A stretch of 64,000 nucleotides of DNA from a virus (lineage: Duplodnaviria > Heunggongvirae > Uroviricota > Caudoviricetes). How positions within the stretch are numbered: position 1 is the first letter of the stretch; every line of letters begins with the position of its first letter. The notes under the pieces are model-generated. The model was given only the letters and a program-made list of their open reading frames with translations. It ran no database searches and was not told where the DNA came from. Of the stretch, positions 1-8,688 are shown one piece after another. The stretch spans positions 295,944-359,943 of the IMG/VR virus record IMGVR_UViG_3300009784_000001; one strand, written 5' to 3'. The translations under genes were made by a program, and so were the position numbers.

Positions 1-141
1 AGGATTAGTTTATTTAATTCATTCATTTCAAGAATCATTAGAAGTAAAATCTGAACAAGTTAATTATGAATATGTAGATAGTTCTGATATTGCTGAAAAG
101 ATAAATTTATCTTCTTCTAAACAAATATTACATGATTAAAA

Positions 142-360
142 ATGGTTGATTATTTGGAAGAATTAAAAGGGTTGGATAGAGATAAACTTTTATCTGAAAA
201 TCAATTGAAAAGTGAAATGAATGGTTTTATTTATCAGTTAAGAAATACTGATTTAGGAAAACAAATAAAAAGTGAAATTCTAATTCCAAAAAAAGTAAAA
301 GTAGATAAGTTATATAAATGGAAACAAAGAGTTAATAAATTTTTTAATTTATTCGGATAA
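142..360 (+). CDS. hypothetical protein
   Basis: 72 aa ORF; stop overlaps the next start. Confidence 0.6.
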   Translation: MVDYLEELKGLDRDKLLSENQLKSEMNGFIYQLRNTDLGKQIKSEILIPKKVKVDKLYKWKQRVNKFFNLFG

Positions 361-659
361 TGAAAAAGTATTTTGCCACTGAAAAAGATATATTTGAAAT
401 TGCAACAGTATTGAATGAAAAATTTGATGAATATGATTTATCAAATATGGAAATTAGAATTGGTTTACCATCTTATAAATTGAAAAAATTGGATGAATTT
501 TTATTCAAAAAATTTAACCCTAATATTCCTTTATCTAAATTTATTTCGCAGGAAGAAGTAAATATGCATCTTGCTGGAATTAAATTTATGCTTTATAAGA
601 GTGATGATAAAGGATTAGAAATTAAGGTAGATGAAAATGGTAATGAATATATTGATTAA
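360..659 (+). CDS. hypothetical protein
   Basis: 99 aa ORF in a coupled gene run. Confidence 0.65.
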   Translation: MKKYFATEKDIFEIATVLNEKFDEYDLSNMEIRIGLPSYKLKKLDEFLFKKFNPNIPLSKFISQEEVNMHLAGIKFMLYKSDDKGLEIKVDENGNEYID

Positions 660-662
660 TTT

Positions 663-911
663 ATGACAATAAAAGAAAGAGAAAAATTTAATAGATATTT
701 GGTAGATAGATATGATCAATGCTATCCAAGAGTGAAAAGAAGTGAAAGTAGAAATATTCCTATAGGAAAAGAAATATCTTATAAATACACTTGTTATCCA
801 TTATATTTTGATTCAGATAATTATGCAAGATTTCTTGTTAATGAAAATAATTTCGATTTTATTAATTACATGACAGATGATGAATGGGAATATCATAATT
901 TTGAAATATGA
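663..911 (+). CDS. hypothetical protein
   Basis: 82 aa ORF in a coupled gene run. Confidence 0.6.
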   Translation: MTIKEREKFNRYLVDRYDQCYPRVKRSESRNIPIGKEISYKYTCYPLYFDSDNYARFLVNENNFDFINYMTDDEWEYHNFEI

Positions 912-1816
912 GTAAAAATTTAACACAAGAGCAAATAATTGAACAATTTAGAAAAATACATGGGAATAAGTATGATTATTCTAAAGTAAACTATATAAAA
1001 AAGCATTCTGAAGTTTGTATAATTTGCCCAATTCATGGAGAATTTTGGATGCAACCAAATAATCATATTGTTGGAAAAAATAATTGTCCTAAATGTTCAA
1101 AAAAGTATAAATGGACGACAGAAGAATGGATAGAAGAAGCAAAGAGAATACATGGAAATAAGTATGATTATAGTAAAGTTAAATATATTGATGCTCATAC
1201 TAAAGTATGTATTATTTGTCCTGAGCATGGTGAGTTTTGGCAATCTCCTACTAATCACACACATTTAACACAACATAGAGGGTGCCCTAAATGTAATAAG
1301 GGTATAAAATATACACAAGATGAATGGATTGAGCTAGCTAATAAAAGACATGTTGGAATTTATGATTATTCTAAAGTAAACTATAAAGATTCAAATGCAA
1401 AAGTATGTATTTTTTGTAAAAAGTGTAATAATGAATTTTGGCAGCTTCCAAATGCACATATGGCAGGGCAAGGATGTCCTCATTGTAAAAAATCTAAAAT
1501 AGAAATAATTGTTGAAAAGATTCTAAATAGTAAAAATATATTATATTTTTATGAATATAGAAAATTTAAATGGTTAAAAAATAAAAAGTTATTAGAATTA
1601 GATTTCTATCTTCCAGATTATAATATTGCTATTGAATGTCAAGGAAGACAACATTTTGAAGAAAGAAAATGGTTTGGAGGTATAAAGCAACTTAATATTC
1701 TTCAAAATAATGACAGAATTAAGAAAGAATTATGTGAAAAGAACAACCTTTCCTTATATTATATAAATTATAATGATAATGTAGAAGAAAAAATGAAAGA
1801 AATACTTAGTCTTTAG
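908..1816 (+). CDS. putative homing endonuclease: KYDYS..CPxHG zinc-ribbon repeats plus C-terminal Vsr/DUF559-like PD-(D/E)XK domain
   Basis: three HG-KYDYSKVxY..C..C repeats; C-terminal LELDFYLPDYNIAIECQGRQHF; paralog of 47630..48586. Confidence 0.75.
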   Translation: MSKNLTQEQIIEQFRKIHGNKYDYSKVNYIKKHSEVCIICPIHGEFWMQPNNHIVGKNNCPKCSKKYKWTTEEWIEEAKRIHGNKYDYSKVKYIDAHTKVCIICPEHGEFWQSPTNHTHLTQHRGCPKCNKGIKYTQDEWIELANKRHVGIYDYSKVNYKDSNAKVCIFCKKCNNEFWQLPNAHMAGQGCPHCKKSKIEIIVEKILNSKNILYFYEYRKFKWLKNKKLLELDFYLPDYNIAIECQGRQHFEERKWFGGIKQLNILQNNDRIKKELCEKNNLSLYYINYNDNVEEKMKEILSL

Positions 1817-2102
1817 CTGATGGAATTTTATTATATTTTTTCATAATATTTTCAAGCATTTTTTTATGATTTTCTTCATCACTAATTAATTCTTGTATAA
1901 TATTAATATCTTCTTCATCATTTGTATATTGTAGTAAATTCAAATAAATTCTTATTGCATCTGCCTCTGATTTTATTGCATTGGAAATCAATTCAGCTAA
2001 TTTTAAATTAGGAGTTGAATATATTTTATTATCATTATAAAATTCTTCTTCATTTAATTTTCTTAAAACTGAATTTGTTATTTCATTAATTATATTCTTC
2101 AT
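1806..2102 (-). CDS. ferritin-like/rubrerythrin-type small protein
   Basis: EADAIRIY and DEENH diiron-type motifs; likely start MKNIINE at 2102, after a TATTTAT motif. Confidence 0.55.
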   Translation of the reverse strand: MKNIINEITNSVLRKLNEEEFYNDNKIYSTPNLKLAELISNAIKSEADAIRIYLNLLQYTNDEEDINIIQELISDEENHKKMLENIMKKYNKIPSAKD

Positions 2103-2125
2103 GTGCTTATTTTTATTATAAATAT

Positions 2126-3247
2126 TTAATTGGATGACATACATTTTTTTATTTTTGATATATCCCATCCTGTTTTTTCTTGAATTAATTTTTCTGTAAA
2201 ATCGCTACTTAATGGCCCATCACTAAATCCCAAAAAGGTTATGTAATTTATTTTTTTCTTTGTACATATTTCTTCAATTCTATTGTATAAATCAATTATA
2301 ACATTTTTATTTGTTCCAATGATCATATCAAAAATATGATCATCATCTTTTATAAGTAGTTTATTTTTATAGATAGATATTTGTTTTGATTCATTATTAT
2401 TTAGTATAAGGTTATCTAAAATGAAAGTTATATTTTTCCTATTTCCATCTCTCTTAAATGAATTATAACCATATACATGATAATCTTCTTCATAATTATA
2501 TATTTGCTTATTTAGTATAATCCACTTTTTTATTTCTCTTTTTTTATTACCCCATTCAGTTTTATCTAAATCGTGAGTAGCTTCAACTATATTTTCAATT
2601 AATTTTCCATATTCATTTGGAAATTTTGAGTGTTCTAAATCCTCTTCATTCAATTTTAATAATAATATTTCATATTTTCGTTCCCAATCATTCCTTTGAG
2701 AATATTTTTTAGATACAATGATATTTTTATTATCCTCTATAAATTTATCATAATCATTAATAGCACTTTTTTTATCAAAATATCTACCAAGTTTTTTCCT
2801 TTCTTTACCATTTAATGTAACTATTATTCTATATTTACATTCTGATTTTTTCTTTTTCTCAATATGAAAGCCATTTCTTCTTGCCTCATTCATTAGCTTT
2901 ACAAGGTATTTACGTTTACATTCATTTGAACAAAATTTCACTTCATTTCCTTTTTTTAAGTATTTCAACTTAAATTCTTTCCCACATTCATCACAAACAT
3001 AAGTTTTTAGATATTTTCCTCTTTTTCTTTTTATAACACCTTCTTTTATAAGTTTTTCTTTATTTTTATAATATCTTGCCAATCCTTGCCTTCTTTCAAT
3101 TATTTTTTCATATTTCTCTTTATCTTCTTCATTTAATATTGTTAATTCTCTTTTTGATATCACTTCTTCTCCTTTTTCTATTCTTCCAATTAACTCTTTT
3201 TTTCTTTTTTCCATTACAATTTCAAAATTTCCTTTTTTTACTGCCAT
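2126..3247 (-). CDS. hypothetical basic protein with CxxC..FCSxxC zinc finger
   Basis: CDECG...FCSNEC; 373 aa. Confidence 0.65.
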   Translation of the reverse strand: MAVKKGNFEIVMEKRKKELIGRIEKGEEVISKRELTILNEEDKEKYEKIIERRQGLARYYKNKEKLIKEGVIKRKRGKYLKTYVCDECGKEFKLKYLKKGNEVKFCSNECKRKYLVKLMNEARRNGFHIEKKKKSECKYRIIVTLNGKERKKLGRYFDKKSAINDYDKFIEDNKNIIVSKKYSQRNDWERKYEILLLKLNEEDLEHSKFPNEYGKLIENIVEATHDLDKTEWGNKKREIKKWIILNKQIYNYEEDYHVYGYNSFKRDGNRKNITFILDNLILNNNESKQISIYKNKLLIKDDDHIFDMIIGTNKNVIIDLYNRIEEICTKKKINYITFLGFSDGPLSSDFTEKLIQEKTGWDISKIKKCMSSN

Positions 3248-3340
3248 AACTTTTTAATTTGAAATATTATTATTTTAATATAAATATGTGTATATTTGGA
3301 AAGTGATTTATTTAATAAAGAAATATTTTTTTCTATAAAT

Positions 3341-3371
3341 TTTGAAATAAGAAAAAAAGGAATTATCTTTG
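3341..3371 (+). promoter_or_regulatory. Bacteroidota primary-sigma promoter (-33 TTTG, -7 TAnnTTTG)
   Basis: TTTG 3341-3344, TATCTTTG 3364-3371; same layout at 4077-4107, 6654-6684, 7756-7787, 12358-12388, 13617-13647, 17383-17414, 28674-28705, 34853-34884, 53940-53971. Confidence 0.8.
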
Positions 3372-3398
3372 TACTATAAATTTTAAATATTATAAAAA

Positions 3399-3893
3399 AT
3401 GAAACTATTTCCAATGTCAGAAGACATACAAGAATTATGTGAACAAGTTATGAAAGATGAAGTTCCAGGTCTTGCTTCTATGGGTTTAAATTTTAAATAT
3501 GCTGGTAGTCCAAAATCTCCATCAATAGTAAAAATCTCAAAAGGCAATCCTGTTACTGATTTTTTAACACAGGAAGAAGGTACAATACTTGTTACTGTTT
3601 ATGAATTAGCTTTTGAAAGATTAACAGATGAATATAAAAAATTGATTTTAGCATCTGCTTTCGCTTCTATTGAATATGATTCAGAAAAAGATAAAATTAC
3701 TATTGGTGGTAATAATGGTACTTCTTTAAATGAAACAATTTATTTGAAGTATAGAGAACCAGCAGTTTTATCTATATTTAATGGATATGCTGTTATCAGA
3801 CAGATACAGGAAGAAGAAAAAGAAGCAAAAGCTCTTGCTGCTGCTGAAAGAGCAGAAAAAAGAAAATTAAAAAGTTCTTATGCAGGACAATAA
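3399..3893 (+). CDS. hypothetical protein
   Basis: 164 aa ORF after a host-type promoter. Confidence 0.7.
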   Translation: MKLFPMSEDIQELCEQVMKDEVPGLASMGLNFKYAGSPKSPSIVKISKGNPVTDFLTQEEGTILVTVYELAFERLTDEYKKLILASAFASIEYDSEKDKITIGGNNGTSLNETIYLKYREPAVLSIFNGYAVIRQIQEEEKEAKALAAAERAEKRKLKSSYAGQ

Positions 3894-3894
3894 A

Positions 3895-4017
3895 TTATTT
3901 TTGTCTAATAATTACACGTCTGTTTCCACTTCTATTTACAAAAGGTCTTTGAATTGGTTTTTGTATTTGTGAAGTAGTTCTTTGTTGAACTTGTGGTTTG
4001 GATTTACAATTACACAT
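3895..4017 (-). CDS. small basic Cys-start peptide (40 aa, MCNCKSKPQVQQRTTSQIQKPIQRPFVNRSGNRRVIIRQK), not in the ORF track
   Basis: read manually; minus-strand TATTTAT at 4038-4044 upstream. Confidence 0.6.
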   Translation of the reverse strand: MCNCKSKPQVQQRTTSQIQKPIQRPFVNRSGNRRVIIRQK

Positions 4018-4216
4018 ACTTTCTACTATTTATTGAAATAAATATTGATTAATTATATTTTTTTAACATTTTATACTTTGAAATTAAAAAATAAATTTAT
4101 ATCTTTGCAGTGTAATTCAAATGAATTAGTGTTGAAGTGATAACTGAGTAAGAACATGATACTTCAAATAAATGTAGTGAGAGATGTACAGCTTTATTCA
4201 TTTTTTTAGATAAGGT

Positions 4217-4338
4217 TCCCCTGTAGCTCAGTTGGTTAGAGTACTTAAAATGAAGTTTTCTGGGTAGGAAATGTTCAGCAATATCAATCAAAATCGCTGT
4301 TAACGAAGGGGTCGGCAGTTCGAGTCTGTCCAGGGGTT
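4217..4338 (+). ncRNA. tRNA-Asn(GTT)-like RNA interrupted by a 48-nt insert (4246-4293)
   Basis: CCCCTG/CAGGGG acceptor stem, D arm, GGCAG-TTCGAGT-CTGTC T arm; removing the insert restores CTTCG-CTGTTAA-CGAAG. Confidence 0.75.
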
Positions 4339-4385
4339 CAAAGATTTCTTATTTAGATTAAAATAAGTGGCAGAGAAGAGGATTA

Positions 4386-4442
4386 AGAAAACATACAGCA
4401 TTTTTTATCAATTCAACCATAGGAAAGAAAAAGTGTTTTCTG
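4386..4442 (+). ncRNA. CAGCA-motif small RNA
   Basis: AGAAAACA-TACAGCA...TGTTTTCT-G; ends nearly identical to 10262..10315. Confidence 0.7.
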
Positions 4443-4668
4443 AAATAAAAAGATAGGGTTCACTGAGTTAAAGTGAATAGTTCAATACCAAGGTGAGGGA
4501 AGTGTTGAATGATAATATAAGTCCTTACATGTAATATAACTACATATCTAACATGTTTTATATATAGTCATGAATGTTATAAAACCTCTGGAACATTTTT
4601 TTTTATTAGGGTAGTTTTCATTGGATTAGACCCTGACTTTATGGTAAGTTATATTTACCTTAATTTAT

Positions 4669-4744
4669 TGGAACTTAGCTCAGCTTGATTTAGAGCATCT
4701 GTTTTACAAGCAGAGGGCCGTGGGTTTAAATCCCCCAGTTCCAA
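4669..4744 (+). tRNA. tRNA-Val(TAC)
   Basis: TGGAACT/AGTTCCA acceptor; TCTGT-TTTACAA-GCAGA. Confidence 0.85.
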
Positions 4745-4753
4745 CAATTAAAT

Positions 4754-4825
4754 CGGGGGATAGAGCAGTGGTAGCTCACCAGGCTCATAACCTGGAGGTC
4801 GAAGGTTCGATCCCTTCTCCCCCAA
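4754..4825 (+). tRNA. tRNA-Met(CAT), C1:A72 mismatch (initiator-like)
   Basis: CCAGG-CTCATAA-CCTGG; canonical T arm. Confidence 0.9.
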
Positions 4826-4829
4826 CAAT

Positions 4830-4958
4830 AGGAAAGGTACAGCAAATTGAATTAAAATTCTATTTACAATTTTACTATGAGGAAGAGAGCTTTCATCTAA
4901 AATAGGTGGAAAACAACTCTCAAAGAAATGAGTACTTCTCTAAAAACTCTCTTTCCTG
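4830..4958 (+). ncRNA. CAGCA-motif small RNA (long variant)
   Basis: AGGAAAG-GTACAGCAA...CTTTCCT-G with internal hairpin TTTCATCTA/TAGGTGGAAA. Confidence 0.6.
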
Positions 4959-5110
4959 ATATCATAAAATAAATCTTTACATCAAGGTGTACATAAATCT
5001 GTATAGTGGTACAAATGAGGGGCAAAGGAGAAGAATTTGCGTAGTCCGCTTGGAGTATCGGGTAGCTATGGTTGGGAAAGGTAAAGATTTATTTTTAATT
5101 TTTATATAAT

Positions 5111-5545
5111 ATGTTATATTCAATATTATTAACATTAGGATTATTAATTTTAGCTCATTTTATTGGAGATTGGAGTAAATTTGTTCCATTTCATCAAAAA
5201 GTAGTTAATGCAAAAGTTAATAAAACCAATACATCTGGAAATTGGATATTTTTACATTCAAGTATTGTATCTCTGTATAAAATATTTGCAATTTTAATTT
5301 CATCTTGGATTATTCCAATAGGAAATATGCCAGGTTTTTTGAATACAATATGGTTTTATATTATTCTTGTAGTAATATTTTTTGGAGAACTAATAACACA
5401 TTTTGTATTTGATATTTCTAAATGGTTTCTAAATAATAAATATAATCTGAATCCATCAAAAGATATTTATTGGACTGTTGTTGGTATTGACCAAATGCTA
5501 CATTATTTAGTAATGTTAGGAATGTTATATTTATTATATTGTTAA
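5111..5545 (+). CDS. DUF3307-like membrane protein
   Basis: AHFIGD, HFVFD, DQMLH motifs; hydrophobic helices. Confidence 0.7.
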   Translation: MLYSILLTLGLLILAHFIGDWSKFVPFHQKVVNAKVNKTNTSGNWIFLHSSIVSLYKIFAILISSWIIPIGNMPGFLNTIWFYIILVVIFFGELITHFVFDISKWFLNNKYNLNPSKDIYWTVVGIDQMLHYLVMLGMLYLLYC

Positions 5546-5553
5546 TTTTATAT

Positions 5554-5639
5554 GGCTATGTGGCGTAATTGGGAGCCGCAGGGGACTTAAAATCCCCTCT
5601 CCTGTAAAGGAGGTACAGGTTCAAGTCCTGTCATAGCTA
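5554..5639 (+). tRNA. tRNA-Leu(TAA)
   Basis: GGGGA-CTTAAAA-TCCCC; long variable arm. Confidence 0.9.
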
Positions 5640-5640
5640 C

Positions 5641-5761
5641 GATGAGAATTAGCTCAGTTGGTAGAGCAAAGGTATTATAAAAAGTTTCTTGAATAAGAAA
5701 TGTTCAGCAATATTTAAAAATGGGAACTTTATGTCAGCAGTTCGAGCCTGCTATTCTCATC
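5641..5761 (+). ncRNA. tRNA-like RNA whose anticodon loop is replaced by a ~55-nt CAGCA-motif insert
   Basis: GATGAGAAT/ATTCTCATC acceptor stem, canonical D arm, AGCAG-TTCGAGC-CTGCT T arm; insert shares GAAATGTTCAGCAATAT with 4217..4338. Confidence 0.75.
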
Positions 5762-5766
5762 CACAT

Positions 5767-5840
5767 TTTCTGGTAGTTCAATTGAATAGAACCTTCGGCT
5801 TCTACCCGAAAAGTTGGGAGTTTGAATCTCCCCCAGAAAG
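5767..5840 (+). tRNA. tRNA-Arg(TCT)
   Basis: TTCGG-CTTCTAC-CCGAA; TTTCTGG/CCAGAAA. Confidence 0.85.
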
Positions 5841-5857
5841 CAAAATAAATAGAAAAA

Positions 5858-6088
5858 ATGAGTAGTTGTATTAATAGATTAGATGATGAATTAGATGACC
5901 AGCAATGGAAAGAAATGGTATTAAAATGGAATGGTTTCAAATTTAAAGTAATTGATGAATTAAATGAAGTTAAAATTAAGAATAAATATGATACCAAAGA
6001 AGTTGAAGAATGGAAATTTTTATTTAATAATAAATCCAAAATATTAGCGAATAGAGAATTGATTAACTTATTAAAAAATTGGGAATGA
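5858..6088 (+). CDS. hypothetical protein
   Basis: 76 aa ORF. Confidence 0.55.
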   Translation: MSSCINRLDDELDDQQWKEMVLKWNGFKFKVIDELNEVKIKNKYDTKEVEEWKFLFNNKSKILANRELINLLKNWE

Positions 6089-6297
6089 ATATAAAGGTAA
6101 AAGAATTAATAAGTAAATTACAATTATTTAATCCAGAAGCCGAAGTTGATATTCTATTTAATAATCAACCTTATCCTTTGGAAATATATGGTTGGAATTG
6201 TGGTGGAGATAATAATTATTCTTCAACTGAATCTAAACAAAAAGCTATTTCAGTATCATTAGGTGGGATTGGGTTAAATGATAGTGAAAGAATGTAA

Positions 6298-6633
6298 ATG
6301 AAAAGTAAATTTGAATGTAGAGATAAAGTATCATATAATACATTTGAAGAAGCAAATAAAGTATTATCAGTATGGGATAAAAAGAAAAATAATAGTGAAC
6401 AATATGCTTATTCTTGTAAAGAATGTGGAAAGATACATATTACCAGTAGAAAGAAACATCTAAATAAAGTAAAACCAATTAAATATAAGGAAATTGGATT
6501 TACAAATGAGGATAGAAAAAAATGGGGTGGTAGTCGTTCAGTTAAAGAGCAAAAAGAACTTGTAGAAGTATTGTATAAAGGAAGAGAAAATAAAAGAGTT
6601 ACTTTTGGAGATTTATTAAAAAAAGAATATTAA
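6298..6633 (+). CDS. hypothetical protein with zinc finger (YSCKECGKIH)
   Basis: C..K..Y and YxCxxCGxxH pattern. Confidence 0.6.
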   Translation: MKSKFECRDKVSYNTFEEANKVLSVWDKKKNNSEQYAYSCKECGKIHITSRKKHLNKVKPIKYKEIGFTNEDRKKWGGSRSVKEQKELVEVLYKGRENKRVTFGDLLKKEY

Positions 6634-6705
6634 GTTTTTTTAATACAAAATATTTTGGTAACTCAAAAATAATTCTTATCTTTGTAGTGTTATTTGAAAT
6701 TATAA

Positions 6706-6893
6706 CGAGAGGTAGCTTAATGGCAGAGCGCAGTCGGAATGTAAAATTGCAATTTAATGTTCTTAAACAAGACTGAATGGTGTGCTGTGAAAGTTTGAAA
6801 AAAGTGAATACAAACTGAATGGGGTTGCAAACCTTGCAAGTTATGATGCTTGAAGTAGAATGAGTAATTGAGGTTCAATTCCCACCCTCTTGA
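6706..6893 (+). ncRNA. large tRNA-like RNA (~190 nt)
   Basis: CGAGAGG/CCTCTTG acceptor-like stem, D arm TAGCTTAATGGCAGAGC, GGTTCAATTCC T loop, long central insert; own promoter at 6654-6684. Confidence 0.6.
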
Positions 6894-6912
6894 CAAAAAA
6901 AATTAAATTGAT

Positions 6913-7179
6913 ATGAAAACATTAAGAGAAAGACAAATTGGTGAAAGATTTAAATATAGAAAAAATATAGTTGAAGTCAAATCTGTTATTTATAACAAAT
7001 GTTTTTATTGTCAATTTAGAAATCAATCTAAATGGATTGTAATTCTAAATGGTTGTTATCAAGAAAAAAATATGTTTGATTCTTGTTCAAAGAAACATAA
7101 TTGTTCAAGATATACCAGAAAGGATAAAAAAGATGTTTATTTCAAACTAGTCAAAAGACTTTATTTAGAAAGAAAATGA
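6913..7179 (+). CDS. hypothetical Cys-rich protein
   Basis: CFYCQF...CSRYTRKDKKDVYF. Confidence 0.6.
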   Translation: MKTLRERQIGERFKYRKNIVEVKSVIYNKCFYCQFRNQSKWIVILNGCYQEKNMFDSCSKKHNCSRYTRKDKKDVYFKLVKRLYLERK

Positions 7180-7739
7180 TAGGTTCAAATAACACTGATA
7201 AGTTTAAGATATTCCAAATAAGATGGGCTGAAAAGTTGGGTTATAACGATAATCCATATTTAATAAGGTGGACATTTATATTTTTTGGATATTCAATGAG
7301 AATACATCATTGGATTAAATCAGATGATAATAGATATTTTCATGATCATTCAAGTGATTTGTTAAGCATTGTATTAAAAGGAAAATATACAAATGTTAAA
7401 CCTCTTATGTGGAAGAAAAATTTACCTCCAACTCATTTATTTGAAGTTGAATTACCACCAGAATCTTCAATAAAGAGAAAGTTTATTTCAAATACTGTAG
7501 AGTATCCAGTTGAAGGTATTTTTAATTCTTGGAAAAATTTCTTCAATATGAAGAAATCAATATGGTTTTCAAAAGCAACTGAACAACATTACTTGAGTAT
7601 TCCAAAAAAAGGTGCATGGACATTGTTATTTGAAGGAAAAGCATATCATAAGTGGGGATTTTATGTAAATCAACATAAATGGAGACCATTAAGATATTTC
7701 TCAAAGTTTGGTATAATACAAACAGAAAATTATCAATAA
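7176..7739 (+). CDS. hypothetical protein, cupin-like HDH motif
   Basis: IHHW..SDD.RYFHDH...WGF. Confidence 0.55.
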   Translation: MIGSNNTDKFKIFQIRWAEKLGYNDNPYLIRWTFIFFGYSMRIHHWIKSDDNRYFHDHSSDLLSIVLKGKYTNVKPLMWKKNLPPTHLFEVELPPESSIKRKFISNTVEYPVEGIFNSWKNFFNMKKSIWFSKATEQHYLSIPKKGAWTLLFEGKAYHKWGFYVNQHKWRPLRYFSKFGIIQTENYQ

Positions 7740-8081
7740 TTTTTAACATAAAAAATTTGGTCATTAAAAATAAAATTTGTATCTTTGCATTATAAATTAT
7801 GTTTTATTGATAGATTCAGGTACTGAATATTGGCACTGTAAAATATAGTTTAGAGTAATAGGCAGTAAGTCATATATCTATGAGTAGAGGGTAACGTTTG
7901 AAATTAGTATATACTCCTTTGAAAAAGTGCAATGACCTATTATTTTTTATTAAATATTGATAATTTTTTAAATAATAGTATATTTATATTAAAAAACTTA
8001 TAAATGGGTATTGAACCATAAATAAAAAGTAAAAACAAAAAAAGCAATGGGAACAGATGCTTAAAAAAAGAAAAAAAAGAA

Positions 8082-8213
8082 ATGAGAGAATTTAGTAAAC
8101 ATATTAATAATTTTGTTGAGGTTAGTTATAAACCCAATAGTAATTGTAATTCAAATGAAAAACCATTTGAAGATGATAATAATTTGCTAAAAGGATTTTG
8201 TGTATATATGTAA
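8082..8213 (+). CDS. leader peptide 1 (43 aa, MREFSKHINNFVEVSYKPNSNCNSNEKPFEDDNNLLKGFCVYM)
   Basis: manual translation; 14 of codons 17-34 are K/P/N/E/D; precedes a terminator and the Glu/Asn/Asp/Pro/Pro/Lys tRNAs. Confidence 0.8.
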   Translation: MREFSKHINNFVEVSYKPNSNCNSNEKPFEDDNNLLKGFCVYM

Positions 8214-8234
8214 CATTTACTCAAATATACGTTC

Positions 8235-8284
8235 CACAAACCCTGATAGCAAAATTAAAAAAGTTATCAGGGTTTTGTGTTTTT
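8235..8284 (+). terminator. attenuator terminator 1
   Basis: CACAAACCCTGATAGC / GTTATCAGGGTTTTGTG plus T run, ending 7 nt before tRNA-Glu. Confidence 0.85.
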
Positions 8285-8291
8285 AATATAT

Positions 8292-8362
8292 GGCGCATTA
8301 GTTTAGTGGTAGAACAGGCGGTTTTCAGCCGAAGGAGAGGGTTTCGATTACCCTATGCGCTA
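8292..8362 (+). tRNA. tRNA-Glu(TTC)
   Basis: CGG-TTTTCAG-CCG (short anticodon stem); GGCGCAT/ATGCGCT. Confidence 0.8.
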
Positions 8363-8369
8363 CAAATAT

Positions 8370-8442
8370 GTACCTGTGGCAGAGTGGTTTATGCACTTGA
8401 CTGTTAATCAAGACTACGAAGGTTCGATCCCTTCTGGGTACG
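8370..8442 (+). tRNA. tRNA-Asn(GTT)
   Basis: CTTGA-CTGTTAA-TCAAG. Confidence 0.9.
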
Positions 8443-8450
8443 CAAAAATA

Positions 8451-8522
8451 GAGAGTATAGCATAATCTGGTAAGTGTGCCTTCCAAGTGGGAAGGAGATG
8501 TGGTTCAAATCCAATACTTTCT
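8451..8522 (+). ncRNA. atypical tRNA-like gene, anticodon undetermined
   Basis: cloverleaf with CCTTC-CAAGTGG-GAAGG (no U33); weak T stem. Confidence 0.6.
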
Positions 8523-8530
8523 GCAAAAAT

Positions 8531-8602
8531 AGTCTATTGGTCCAGCGGTTAGGATGCCAGATTGTCAATCTGGTGGCGAGGGTTCAACTCCCTTATAGAC
8601 TG
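8531..8602 (+). tRNA. tRNA-Asp(GTC)
   Basis: CCAGA-TTGTCAA-TCTGG; G73. Confidence 0.9.
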
Positions 8603-8608
8603 CTATTT

Positions 8609-8681
8609 CTGGGTGTAATTCAGTAGGAAGAATGCTTGGTTTGGGACCAAGATGTCGGGAGTTCGAGCCTCTCTACTCAGA
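8609..8681 (+). tRNA. tRNA-Pro(TGG)
   Basis: CTTGG-TTTGGGA-CCAAG; C1:G72. Confidence 0.9.
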
Positions 8682-8688
8682 CAAAATT

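Noticed and set aside
4246-4293. Group I or archaeal-type intron in tRNA-Asn
   Set aside because: Too short for group I, and no bulge-helix-bulge is evident; treated as a motif insert instead.
4450-4668. A fourth leader-peptide attenuator before the Val/Met/Leu/Arg tRNAs
   Set aside because: No V/M/L/R-rich ORF with a terminator and matching antiterminator found.
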